Below, one piece after another: positions 12,001-26,100 of a stretch of 64,000 nt of DNA. The position numbers were made by a program, and so were the translations under genes. A model generated the notes under the pieces. That model did no database searches, was not told the DNA's origin, and saw only the letters and a program-made list of their open reading frames with translations. How positions within the stretch are numbered: the stretch's first letter is position 1; every line of letters begins with the position of its first letter. Source of the stretch: Octopus bimaculoides (lineage: Eukaryota); assembly GCF_001194135.2 (NCBI RefSeq), contig NC_068988.1, positions 56,685,034 through 56,749,033 of the forward strand, read 5' to 3'.

Positions 12001-15000
12001 ATTTTTTTTTATCTCTAATTAAAAATAAATAATATTGCTTTATATTTAAGATTCACTTCTTTAAAAAGGTTTCTCAATGTCAACTTCCGGTACGNNNNNN
12101 NNNNTAATATTGCTTTATATTTAAGATTCACTTCTTTAAAAAGGTTTCTCAATGTCAACTTCCGGTACGGACGTGAAAAAACGGCGACGTCTCTCACTCT
12201 CTACTTTTAATGTTCGCTTTCTGTAAACAACTATGATCAATTACTGAAACACACATTTACGAAGTTCATAAATTTAAATATTCTGTACAAGATAGTTTTT
12301 AACTTGCTTTTATTTATACGATTTTTGACACCCCTTCACTGGCTCTGTCTGTCTCTCTGTCTGTCTCTGTCTGTCTGTCTCTCTCTCTCACGCACACGCG
12401 CGCATACACACATGTGTCTTTGTAAATATGTTTGTATATATTTATGTATGTGTGTGTTTGTAAGAGACAGAGTGTGAGTGAGTCAAGGGGTGTGTTGTCA
12501 TATGCATCCATCATTTTTGGATGTGTGTGTATGTGTGTGAGACAGAGTAAGAGAGCGGTGTGTATGTAGTACTAGCAGAGGCACCCGGCGTTGCTCGGGA
12601 ATGAAATTGTTGCTTATATACTTGAAGAAAAAAAGGCAAAATATGCTGTATAGAAATTTGAGAGGACATTCTGTAGATGGACTCTCAGATGAATGATGGC
12701 TGGGTGCCTCTCATGAATGGGGAAAATTGAAGATGTGCCAAAAAGCCTCATTGGTACTTGGAAACTTTTACGAAAATTAAAATGGGGATTAAATGAAAAA
12801 AATGATTTACGTGAATATCCTCACAAGAGTAATTGAAATAAATGGTGATTGTGGAACCCCCCCACGCACGCACGTGTGCATACACACGTGTGTCTTTGTA
12901 AATATGTTTGTATACATTTATGTATGTGTGTGTTTGTAAGAGACAGTGTGAATGAGAGGGAGAGGTTTGTTGTCATGTATACGTACATGCATAAATATAC
13001 ATACATCTTTGGATGTATGCATATGACAACACAGCCCTTGACTCACTCACACTCTGTCTCTTACAAACACGCACGCGCGCGCATACACACGTGTGTCTTT
13101 GTAAATATGTTTGTATACATTTATGTATGTGTGTTTGTAAGAGACAGTGTGAGTGAGTCAAGGAGTGTGTGTGTATGTGTGTGAGACAGAGTGAGAGAGC
13201 GGTGTGTATGTAGTATTTACACTCTCTCTCTCTTTCTCATACACACTCACACACACACAAAATAGAGACTGAAGCTTTTTGCCGTTGTTACGTCAATACC
13301 GGAAGTTGACATTGAGGAACCTTTTTAAAGAAGTGAATCTTAAATATAAAGCAATATTATTTGTTTTTAATTAAAAAAATCAAATGAAGAACCTAACATT
13401 TATCCGAGGTCAAATTATTCACACATCACAAGTATGGAAGCATTTGGTGAAGTCGATTTCACGTGAAAAGCGATTACACACACATCTCTGTTTTATATAT
13501 AGTATAAATTTACTCTCTCTCTCTCATACACACGCACACACACAAAGATGTATGCATATTTATGCATGTACGTATACATGACAACAAACCTCTCTCTCTC
13601 TCTGTCACACACACACTTCCATTTCATCTGATGTGTGATGCTCTGTGTGTGTGCTTTCGTGTGTGTGTGAGGGGTTCCACAATCGCAATTTATTTCAATT
13701 ACTCTTGTGAGGATATTCACGTAAATCATTATTTAATCCACATTTTAATTTTCGTAAGAGTTTCCAAGTACCAATGAGGCTTTTTGGTGCATCTTCAATT
13801 TTCCCCATTCATGAGAGGTGCCCAGTCATCATTCATCTGAGAGTCCATCTACAGAATGTCCTCAGATTTCTATACAGCATATTTTGCTTTTTTCCTTCCA
13901 GTATATAAGCAACAATTTCATTCCCGGGCAACGCCAGGTTGCTCTGCTAGTGTTTTAATAAGAACTACTGTCATTGCTTTTAAATTTTAATTTCTAGAAG
14001 TATTACATTACATTTCCATATCCTTAGTAGGGTCATCTCTGCATCAGACATAATTTCTGGTTAATTCATTTACATAATATATCAGAGATATTGTAATATA
14101 TGAATATTGGACACCAAAATCACCAGGATTATTATGTCTACTTCCCTTGCTGGCATCCTGGTCCAAGCCAGTTCTCACGGTCAGACAACCATGTCTCACT
14201 TGTGTTTTATTTTTGGCATAGTTTTTTTAATATATAACTGATTGTCCTTCTCATCACCAACCACTTTACAAAATGTACTATGTGCATTTTTATCATGGTA
14301 CTGGCACTAGAGAGGTTCTCATGTTTTATACAGCTAAAGAGTTCTTTCGATTCTACATTGTCTCCACTGTATTGTTAACCACTTTACAGGGTATACTGGT
14401 TGCTTTTCTGCCCTTGACTAAGTGGGTTCTTTCTACTTTGTCATGTCTGTTTGCCCAATGCAACATGACTTTTAATGTGATGTTAATTTGGACTAAGGTA
14501 ATGGTATTATTTTGTGCTGACTTACATCTTCTTAGTTCCATAGTATATAGATATTGGTGATTATATATTTTTGTTTGTACACTATTCTATTACATGTAGG
14601 GTTGTTTTTTAAAAATTTACAATTATTGCTTTCAATAACATTTTACTATTTTGTACCTTCAAACTCCTCAAATCTTATATAAAAACAGATTTACACCTGA
14701 GCAGCTATAATGAGTACATTACTTGCAAAATTTCAACATTTCTTCATTGAACCAGTTAATTGAATATATAATAAATATAAAAATTCAGTTAATATTTCAA
14801 TTAGTAAGATTGGTGGTTGTCTAATAGTTGATAATAATTGTCTTCGGCAGCAGAATCGTTAGCATGCTGGGCAAAATTCCACCGAGGTTGACTTTGCCTT
14901 TCATCCTTTCGGGGTTGATTAAATAAGTACCAGTTACGCACTGGGGTCAATGTAATCGACTTAATCCCTTTGTCTGTCCTTGTTTGTCCCCTCTATGTTT

Positions 15001-15902
15001 AACCCCTTGTGGGCAATAAAGAAATTAATAATTGTCTTGTTAAAATGACAGTATATTTCATATAAGTATTAAAACATTAATTAACACTAATAGAAATTTA
15101 ATAGTAGTTGTTCTATTTAACTATTCACTATTACATCTCTTTAGTTGACCTTTTTGTTGTTGGTTGTTGGCATTGCAGAGACACTAACTTAACCATCTCT
15201 GCTCTGCCTGGGCTGTTTCCAGAAACAAGTGTCTAGCCCCAACTACTTATCACCTACTTATCTAGCCCCAATTACTTATCACCCAATTCCTTATCACCTA
15301 CTTATCACTCGTGATTACACCATGAAGGAAAGAAAAGTCAGTAGGTTTGCAACATACATGAAGTTGCATAAGATGCCAGATATTAGTTGAATATAACTAC
15401 TTACCTGCCTTAGGGTCCCTTCATCTGGATTTTCTGTAGGGTTTAACTTCCTTAGCTTTTTTTGTTGCAATTGTCCCTGTCTCTAGATATTGTTAGAAAT
15501 ATTAATGTTGAAACCTTATTGGCCCTTTCTTCAGTGAAATGTGACTCTTCCCTCCTTTTTTTAAACTCTTAGAAAGGAAGGGCAATGGCTACAATCCTTT
15601 ACAGGGTTTTGGCAATGGTATTCAGTTTCTTTGTAGTAAGACACAATTAAAGTTTCTATGAATGTATAAGATTTTTTATAATTCTTAGGGAACCATTTAG
15701 ATGGCATGTAGGTTAGCTACTGTTTGCTGATACACATGTCCACTTTCATCAACTGATATCGATTTCAGGCTACATAATTTTCGTTCAAAATTTAATTGTC
15801 CTTTTGTGGCTAGGGCAGGATGAAAAATATTGTTTCATAAAAGCTTGGTTTCATTGAATGATTTTATAGAATTTTGACATATCGTGAGAAATGGTTGCCC
15901 CC

Positions 15903-15999
<97 letters not shown>

Positions 16000-18900
16000 A
16001 AAATCAAATTTGATCTGTCTTTCATCAATATCTTTATCTCTTCATTTTTTAACTCTATTGCCAGGGTTGCAAACAAATATTTTAGTTTGTTGGTCCAATA
16101 TATAAGTAGGTACTTCAAACTCATCTGAGGTCTTGAAACACCGTTGTGCTTTAATAAAATTATAAAAAGAAAATTGTTGCTTTCAATCAATATAAGACAT
16201 TTTCGATTAGAAAATGTAAGATGGTTGGTGTTAGAAAGGTCATATAGCCATAAAACCCCTGCCAAAACAGGTGAAACCTGGTGCAGTCTTCTGTCTAGCC
16301 ATCTCCTGTCAAACTGTCCAACCCATGCCAGCATGGAAAATGGACGTTAAACGATGATGATGCTCAGTTGAAAAAGATTTACCAAAAATAGTTTTCTGGG
16401 GTTTTAAGTTTGTCAGCCTAGGTATGGGAGAAAAAAAAAACTGGATAGAAGAGTCAATTAAGGGGAATAACTATGAATCAACTAAGTTACTGTGCAGTGA
16501 TAGACAATGGTGTTTGCCAGCTATATGACAGGTTTACAAAACATGCAAGTCTCATTGAAGTTGTCATGATTACTTTGAAATTTCAGTATTTCTGCTAAAC
16601 TTCCATACCTCCCCTATTTCTTTTGCATACCCCTTGGGGTTTCTTGGTTTGAGAATTTTTGCTTTACACTATTTACTTATCAATATTCCAGCTTCCTGCG
16701 AAACCCCCAGAGGTTGCTGAATGGTCAGAACACAAGAATGCTGATGGCCGAGTCTATTACTATAATGCCAAAACAATGGAATCCACTTGGGATAAACCAC
16801 AGGTTCTTATAGAATGGGATGGTAAGAATGAAGACGGAGTCTTTTATTCTATTTCCTTAATTTTTTGTTTTGTTTTTCAGCACCAGTCTCAGCAGATATC
16901 TATATGTATGGTCATGGTTGCATGGTAACTTAAGCAATCTTTGCTCTCGGGGTGTAAAATGGTTTGTAATTTAGATGTATATTTTTCTCTTCGAGTTTAT
17001 TAACAACTTCTCGTCAATTTATTTACTTTATCTTGAGCATGAAATTTTTCACCCATTTAACCATGTGATCATGTTTTTTTTTTTTTTATAGTAACACTTG
17101 TTATAGGCATTCTCATTTCATAATTAACATAAATTTGGTTTCCATCATTACTACATCTTAAGTATAATCTCTTTTCTTTTAAGTTCTTGTTTACTAAGTA
17201 TAACATGAATAATGTTCTGTTAATGTAATTCTTTGAAGATTTTCTCATTAAAATGGACAAAAATAAAATGATCAGGTGGTTATTTTCTTTACAATTTATA
17301 GTGTTTTCCACTTCCTTTATTTTATACAAGTCCTTTCTAGATATTTATTCTAAACAGTATTTTATTTTTTTATTTTTGCTGGCAGCTGTTACACTATTTG
17401 GAACTGATGGATAATGTTCAGATAAATTGCTCAGTAAGCTCAGTTGTTTACAATCTCCCTTAGATCCTTCTGAGGGAAACTCAAATAGATTACAATACAA
17501 AAAAGAAGAAAAAAAGAAAAGCTCTAGTATTTAAATTTGGTATATGTGAAAGAAATTATCATAGTAGTGTAAAATCCTTTTACTGAAGTCTAATTTTATT
17601 AGATTGAACAAGGTAAACTTGAAAACAACTTGACTCTACAGCATTAAATATAAACTATAAAGAAAAGCTAATTTTGGCTAATTTTAATGTAATTATTTGA
17701 CATTCAAGTTTTCTGGTACTTATTAGGTGTATGTTAACTACATAATTTGCTTTTTCAGTTTTTGGTTTGAAATGTATTATTTTGTGACATGAAGAAGGCA
17801 GTAGATCTACAAACTTGATACTGCTACTGAATAATGGCATTTTTTCGGTAGGATAAGATTTTAGATTATCAGGTTTCAAACATTTTATTAGAGAACTATT
17901 TATTTTCTATAAATAATTCTATAGTGAAACCCGTGTCTCAAATACTTTCTCTTAAAACTTTTCAGATGTAAAGTTTTAAATCCATTTAAGATAATATATT
18001 AAAAGGTTTCTGAACATCAGTACGTCAGAGAAATGTTAATTTCTGTTTATGCTTTTTGAATGTTAAATAATTAGTGAAGCTCTTGAATTGTTGCATAAAC
18101 AGTTGCTACATATTTAGTTTGAATAATGTTATTGTGGGCAGAATTAGGGAGAGGTTGTTAGATTGACATGTATGATAAAGTGATGAACACATACCACACT
18201 ATATTTTATTTATTGTCATCATTTTACATCCTTTTGAGAAAACGGAAGTAGAATGAGGATTTAATATAGTCACAATTTCAATGCAAAATGTATTGGCAGT
18301 ATGTATTGATTCATATATACAGGGGTGGTCAAAAGTAGGTGTTATACAGTGGAATGTTCTTTCATGTCTCTATTTCTTTATTTGGATAAGAACTGGAAGG
18401 AACATTCCACTCTTATTAAGCAGCTGTATACCTAATTTTGCCCACCCCTGTACATTTGATTAGTTGGTTGAATACAAAATAAATATACAAAATAGCAGTC
18501 TGATTCATCACAGAGCATAATACTTGAAGATGTATGAAATGTGAACGCTCCTGTATCTGCTAAAGTTGGATTTGAATTCCTTTCATCTGGAATTTTGTCA
18601 GCAGTGAGGGTACAGGATTTATTTATGCTGTATATGCACAAACACACTTAAATTGTATACACAGATTTTGTTATTAGCTAATATTGTTAAGGATAATTTC
18701 ACAAAGCTGGTGGTTGAAATTAATTTATTTGTTGATGATAAAAAAAAAGAAATGTTGATTTATTTTTGCTTGCTATCATGAAGTTAACATGACTGCTTAT
18801 CACTGGTATATAGCCAAACTAGCACAGCTCCAGAAGCCTGACCCAGCTGCCACAGCCACTGAGTGTAGCACTCAGATTAACACGATGTTACAAGTAAATG

Positions 18901-20067
18901 GAACAGAAGAATCGGAGGAAATTCCCATGGAAACATTACCTTCAAAAGAAGAAGAAGAGAAAAGCGATGAGGTAAGAGAACAACAGTGGTGATTATCAGA
19001 CTTGAATTGAAAGTATTTGGTTTCTATTTTCTGTGTTTAGTTCTTAAGCATTTTTGATATGGATCCATGATATCGGCATTGTCAACAATACATCTTATCA
19101 TTGATGCAAAATAATTATGTAATTTGTTTTAGAGTAATTTTTGTTGTTTTACCGTTCCCCCCCCCNNNNNNNNNNNNNCAGTTCAAAATGTCCCCACCAA
19201 TAAATTTATCATCAGTTTTTGAATCCAATGTTCATGTTAATATCTGTACAATAGGTACTTTATTTTAGTGGGGTTTTTACAGTTGGTGATACCAATCTCT
19301 GGGAAAGTTTCTACCTTAGATCACTACTTTTTTACTTGTTTCAGTCATGCTTTTTGTTGAGATAAAGTAAAATAAACTTTCAATTCAAAATCAGACATTT
19401 CATTCTTAATGACCTGATACAAGATATAAGAAAAAAAAAGGCAATCTGTTTTTGTCAATCTGTAGATCGTGGGCAAATTGGACTTGGTAAGGGTCTGATA
19501 CTAGCGACCTTTGTTCACTTGGTGTTGTGCATTCCTGCATAGTTGGACTTGAAATGGTGAGAGAGGTAAATCTCAGTTTTAGATTTTGTACCGAAATACT
19601 TTAGCATTATTTTTTTTGTTTTTGTTTTGTCCCTACTGTTATGATGTGTCTTGTATTACCATTGTGTTTATTGATATTATAGAAGAGAAAATAAATGCCT
19701 TTTTTTCTTTTAGGATGAAAAGCAGAAAGAAAGTGAGGAAAAAACCGAAGAACAAAAGGCTGCTGATAAAGCTCGACCTGTTTCTAGTACCCCTGTTCCT
19801 GGAACCCCTTGGTAGGTTTTATATTCTATTAACTCTTACATACTCACCTGAATAAATAAAGTCTTGTTCCCATGTTTGAGTTATTAAGCAAATTTTATGT
19901 AGATTTTGGCCAAGTTTGTATACAGGCATGGCTGTGTGCTTTGCAACCATGGTTTCAGGTTCAGTCCCACTGTGCAACACCATGGGCAAGTGTCTTCTAA
20001 CTCAAGACTGATCAATGCCTTGTAAATGAATTTGGTAGACAGAAACTGTGTTGTAGCCTATTGTGTG

Positions 20068-20131
<64 letters not shown>

Positions 20132-23100
20132 AGTTAAGATTGTTTAAACATTCAAGCGATAGGCTAGAAGTATTTAAGCAACTAAGGGTTAATTAAATCC
20201 GAAGGCGCTCCTGGAGATTACCTGTGTGGTAATATATATATATATATACAAATATATATATATGTGTGTGTGTGTTTGTGTCTGTTCCCCCTACCATTAC
20301 TTTACGACCAATGTTGGTTTGTTCACATCTCTGTAACCTAGCAGTTCAGCAAAAGTGACTGATATAAGTACTAGGGTTGATTTGTTTGAGTTAACCCTTC
20401 AAGGTGATGTCCCAGCATGGCTATAGTCAAATGACTGAAACATCATCAATCATCATCGTTAAATATCTAATGGCTAGTGTCTGTGAATAAATGTTATGTG
20501 TGTGTATACACATGCACATCTAAAGAAGTGGAGATGCATTGCTAATATTTTTGTTGTTTTTCTCTCAGTTGTATTAAAATTAGTTGTCTATTGTAAACAT
20601 TTCTCTCTTTCATATTCCAATGTTTTTATTTTACAGGTGTGTTGTTTGGACTGGAGATGGCCGAGTTTTCTTCTATAATCCTAGTCAGCATCTTTCTGTT
20701 TGGGAAAAACCTGAAGGACTTGTTGGTCGTGCAGATGTTGAACGAATGCTACAAGGTCCACCAGGTGGCTCTCCAGCTGATAAAAGTAAATATATGCTTA
20801 TTGGAAAATTTAAACCAAGTTTATGTCCTCTAAGAATTTAGTGAAGTGAATTTGTGTGTCACTGCCATTGGCTTAAATGGTTTTTGTAGCATATCTAGGA
20901 TTTTGACATACCTCCTTATGTTGAGTCATATCTCTTTTACATTTTGCTCAACATTGTGCTCAAATTTGCTTATTCTCTTAAAGTGTCATCTGAAATATTT
21001 CATTTCCCATCTTGTCTCAAGAGGGTTGTTGGGGTAATGTCCTGAAGCACACCTTCCATCAGGTCCTGCCAGAAGCAGCTGTCTTCGCTTGATCTGGCTG
21101 CATCCCCAAGCATGACCAATCGAACTCGTGGATGTTATCCAATCATCTTGCTTGTGATCTACCCCTGGGTCTCCTGTTAGTTAGTTTTGTCTATAAAACC
21201 TGTCCACTGATTTTCTCCTGAGGCAATCTTCCCACATGTTCATAATATCGAAGCTGTGATCTCTCAATTTGAAGAAGTAATAGCTTTACCTGGAGCACCT
21301 CTCTGATCTTCAAATTCTGAAATATGATGACTGTATTTGCCGATTTGTGGCATACTTATTTTTAAATGTGTCAAAAAATTGCCCTGCATCTAATGCGGCT
21401 TTATTACACTAGAAACTGCAAATAATTTTACTATTGATAATCCTTTAATAATAATGTCTTTCTAAAAACATTGGTAGTTTGAAATTTATTTTCGTGCATA
21501 ATGTATGAAGTATGTGGCCTAGTTGTTAAGGTGCTGTAGTCATGATTGCAAGATCATGGGTTCGATTTTCAGACTGGTTGTATATTGTTTTTGGGCAAAG
21601 CACTTAATTTCATGTTTGCTCTGATCCACTCCATTGTAATTGGGTAACCTTGTGACAGATTGGCCTACAGGGATGAGACTGTCACTCAGGAAAATTGCCC
21701 AAATGGTGGTCTTGTGAGCCATGTTTTATATTCAGTGATCAAAAGGATGAATAGAATAATTTGTTCTGTGATTCCTGACTGGTTGCGAATGGTTGTTGGT
21801 TGTTCAACCCTGTCAAAGCATGACTTGAACATTTAAGATAGATAAATCTTTTGAATAATTAGCTGACTTTCATCAGTGATTAGTTGTAATCTGATGACTC
21901 TGTATGGTTGGGTAGAGATGTTGACACTTTCTTTCAAGAAATGAAAAAGATTTGGAAACCTGTGTCCTTACGCAATTATAGCCATGTAGTTGTTCCTCAC
22001 TTCATTTTCACTTTCTGTCTATCAAATTAGTATTATTACTTTTGATCTGTTGGATTAAGTTCAATATAGTCTCCTTCCCCAGCTGTTGAAAATGTTAGCC
22101 TAAACTGCTCAACTTGTATGCCCCATTTTGTCTATTTTCTCCACTCTGATCACTGCATTTTGAACTATAGTAATTAACCACAGTACTTGGTTCTGTTTTC
22201 CCAGAAAAGAAAGAGGAAGAAGATGAAGACGAACCTGCTACCAAAAAAAAGAAGTAAGTTTTAGTTTTCATTTAACTTTCCATTACCATCTACCATTTAT
22301 CTTTCTCTGTTGCTTGTCATCAGTCCCAATTATCCCAGATCATCTGTCAGTGACATCAATTAATCACTCTTACAATTGTCTACGTTTGTTACTATTCACC
22401 AATCTTTCTCTGTTTTACTGTCATACTTTTGCTTGTATACCTCTTTCCTCTTATAAACAATAGTATTTAAAACTATTTAAATCTTAGATTTAGATTTATT
22501 TTGTACATAGTATTAATGAGTGTTAAGATTAAATTACTCTGATTGTTTATTCCTGCTTCAGTTCAGGTCAAGCTACAATCAAAATTGTTCCATCTGTGAT
22601 CATCTTATCTTTCCTGTATGCTCATGTGTATCTAGAACTCATCATCCAATGTGCAACCCCCCACCTTACTTTTTTTAAACAGCAATGTGTAATTTGAGCA
22701 AACTGAGTGATTGCATAGAGTGTCCCTCAGTGGTACAAAGATTGTTTTGTACTGTGAGAAATCTGATAAAAATTTTATTAGAAATTGAAATTTAGTGGAT
22801 CTGATTTTATGTTTTCAGAATTGATAAAGATGAAAGCAAGTTAGATGATAAGAGAGAAACTATAAAACAGATTGATGCTGGTAAGGAAGCTGCTATAGAG
22901 GCTGAAGTTCAAGCAGCAAGGCAGAGAGCTATAGTACCTTTGGAGATTCGGATGAAACAGTTCAGAGATATGTTGGCAGAGAAAGAGGTAGGTTTGTTCC
23001 TTTGTTTAACGTTAATTTTCTTAATGCTAGCCTAGATTTATTTTGAGATAGGATTTTGTGGCTTGATGCTCTTTATGTTGTCAGCCCTTATCTGTTTTTC

Positions 23101-26100
23101 AAGTAAGGAATCTCATTCCTCGTGTGTTTAAAAATGCAAAACCGGCCAAACATTTGACTGGGGGAAATCCAGTAACTTTGTCACTTGCAGGTAGCTCAGT
23201 TATTCTCAGACAACCACAATTGTAAATCACATACACCCACTCACATACGACAGGCTTCTTTCAGTTTCTCTCTACTGAATTCACTCATAAAGGTTTGGTT
23301 GCCCAAGGATGTAGCAGAAGACCCTTGCCAAAGGTCCTGTGCAATGAGGCTGAATCCAAAACCATGTGGCGGAGAAGTGAACTTCTTCACCACGCAGTCA
23401 TGCCTGTATCTATGTTAATAAACAAATGATGTACTTTTGAAATTTCTATTGTAATGAATTGATTGGGGAAAAAGAAAATGTCATTGAATGCAGTTCTTTG
23501 AAGCAAATAACAATGTTGTTGATGATAATTATATATCATATCACTTCTAGAATAAGAACGGGCTGGGTAAAGTTCAGACAGTTACTTTTGTTGATAACTA
23601 AGGGCTTCTCCCTCAGAGTGAAAGGCAGATTGTATGATGCTTGTGCATGTACAGCTATGCTACATGGCAGGGAAACATGGGATATGACTACAGAGGACTT
23701 GTAAAGCCTTACCCATCCAGCATGCTCTGCTGGTTGGGTAATGTCAGTCTGCATGTATGACAGAGTGTAAATGATTTAAGAGGAAAACAGTATAAGGGGC
23801 ATCGAATGTGTGCAAGAGCGAAGACTGCACTGGCATGGTCATGTGATGCATATGAGTGAGGACAGCTGCTTACAGAAGTGCTGATCTCTAACTGAAGGGA
23901 ACTTGTGGAAGAGGTAAACCCAGGAAGATGCGGGATGAAGTGGTGAGAAAGGATCTTCATATGCTGGGCCTCACTGAGACGACAAGGGACTGGGACTCAT
24001 GGCAATTTGCTGTAGTTATGAAGACAGTAAAATTGTGGCCATCCCTACATATTGGCATGTCCTTTATAGCCATTCCCCACTCCCTCTCGAGACGTCTTTG
24101 TCTTGCAGGTGCCAGTGCCATGCAAAATGCACTTGTGCTGGTGTCATGTAAAATGTACTCCTGCCATTGGCACGTAAAAAGCACCCAGCACACTGTGTGA
24201 AGTGGTTGGCATTAGGAAGGGCATCCAGCCGTAAAAACTATGCCAAAACAGACAATTGGAGTCTGGACAGCTCTGCAGCTGGTCAGCTCCTGTCAAACCG
24301 CCCAACTTGTGCCAGCATGGAAAATGGACATGAATGGCGATGACTTCTCTGCCCAAGTGACAGAATTCATTTGAGCTGATTTGAGACTGGTGATTCTTTT
24401 CTTTTTTGTTTAGGTGTCTGCATTTTCCACTTGGGAGAAAGAATTACACAAGATTGTGTTCGATACAAGATATTTATTATTGACATCAAAAGAGCGTAAA
24501 CAGGTGTTTGAGCAATATGTTAAGGAACGAGCTGAAGAAGAAAGACGGGAGAAACATCGCAAACTGAAGGAGAAAAGGGAATCATTCAGGATGCTGATGG
24601 AAGAGGCAAAGTTGCACGGCAAGTAAGTGCAGTACATTTGTAGCTTTATATTCCAAGGTATCTTATATCCTACCTTTGTTTATTTAGAGTTTTTCTCTCC
24701 TTTTGATGAAATTTCTATATCTGTGATAGAAATTGCATACACTGTTTTTTAGTTTAACTAATTTTCTTTCCATTGGTTCTTAAGGCATATTGAGGTAAAG
24801 TTTCTGTATTGCTGACCATAAGGTCATTAGTTCAAATCTCACCTTTGTCCATAGAATAGTGCATTTCTTCATCATTTCTGGATTGCATCCTCTTAGTAGG
24901 TAAATGATTTATGCCACAATCCCCTTCATACCAGCAACATTCTGCAGAACAGACATCCGTTTATTTGTCATAGTGCTAACATTATTAATTCCAGTTTTTC
25001 TTCATTGGCAAAGAAAAATATCCTTTTATTTGTTTCGGTCATTTGACTGCAGCCATGCTGGGGCACTGCCTTGAAGGATTTTAGTTGAACAAAACGACCC
25101 CTACCTTATTTTTAAAACCTCGTACTTATTCTATTGGTCTCATTTGCCAAACAGCTAAGTTACAGGGATGTAAACACTCCAAAACCAGTTCTCAAACAGT
25201 GATTGAGGAGGGGAACAAACAAACACACACACACAATGGGCTTCTTTCAGTTTCCATCTGTCAAATCCACTTGCAAGGCTATAGTAGAAAACACTTGCTC
25301 GAGGTGTCACACAGTGGGACTGAACTTGGAACCATGTAGTTGGGAAGCAAGCTTTTTACCACACAGCCATGCCTGCATCTGTATATATTTTAGCAATTTC
25401 TCTTACATTTTCCGTTAGTTATGGCAGAAAAACATCTTTTTCTGTCAGTTGTAGGTGTGATTTGTTGGTGAAACAAAATTTTGGATATTATTTCTAACTT
25501 TGTGCTTTTCTTTTGTTTGTTTGTTTTTTTCAGGTCATCTTTCAGTGATTTTGCAGCTAAATATGGTAAAGACGAGCGTTTCAAGGGGATTGAAAAGATG
25601 AGAGAGCGTGAATCTATGTTCAGTGATTATGTATCTGAACTTCGCAAAAAGGAGAAAGAAGAGAAGTCTACCCAGAAAGAGAGGGTATGTGTTTAAAGTT
25701 GGTGTGTTAGCAGCTGACCTGGTTATACATACACATATATATATATATATATATAAATATTATATATATATTTTTTACTTGTTCTTCATTTATATTATTT
25801 TATTCTTGTAATTCTTTAATTCCTCAAATTCCAAAGAGAAACATAATTGCTTGAACAGATAAATTTAATGAATGTTTTAGCCCATCTTTGACTAGGAAAC
25901 GAGTATACAGAGTATATATATATCAAAATAATTGTAAAAAAAAAAAAAGAAAGTATGTCTATTATATGAAACAACCTTTGAATTGGCCGATTCCTTGTTT
26001 CCTTTCAGCTTCTGCTTGCAGTCTGGGTTGAAAAAAAAGCCTTTTCTTTTTGTTTTTATTATATATAATCTAATGCTATCTATTGTTTTCAGGAATCTTC

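Noticed and set aside
12030-12169. Exact duplication of about 64 bp flanking a 10-N gap
   Set aside because: Unmerged contig overlap; an assembly artefact.
15243-15310. Short ACTTATCACC-like repeats, about 6 copies
   Set aside because: Degenerate minisatellite with no unique spacers; not a CRISPR array.
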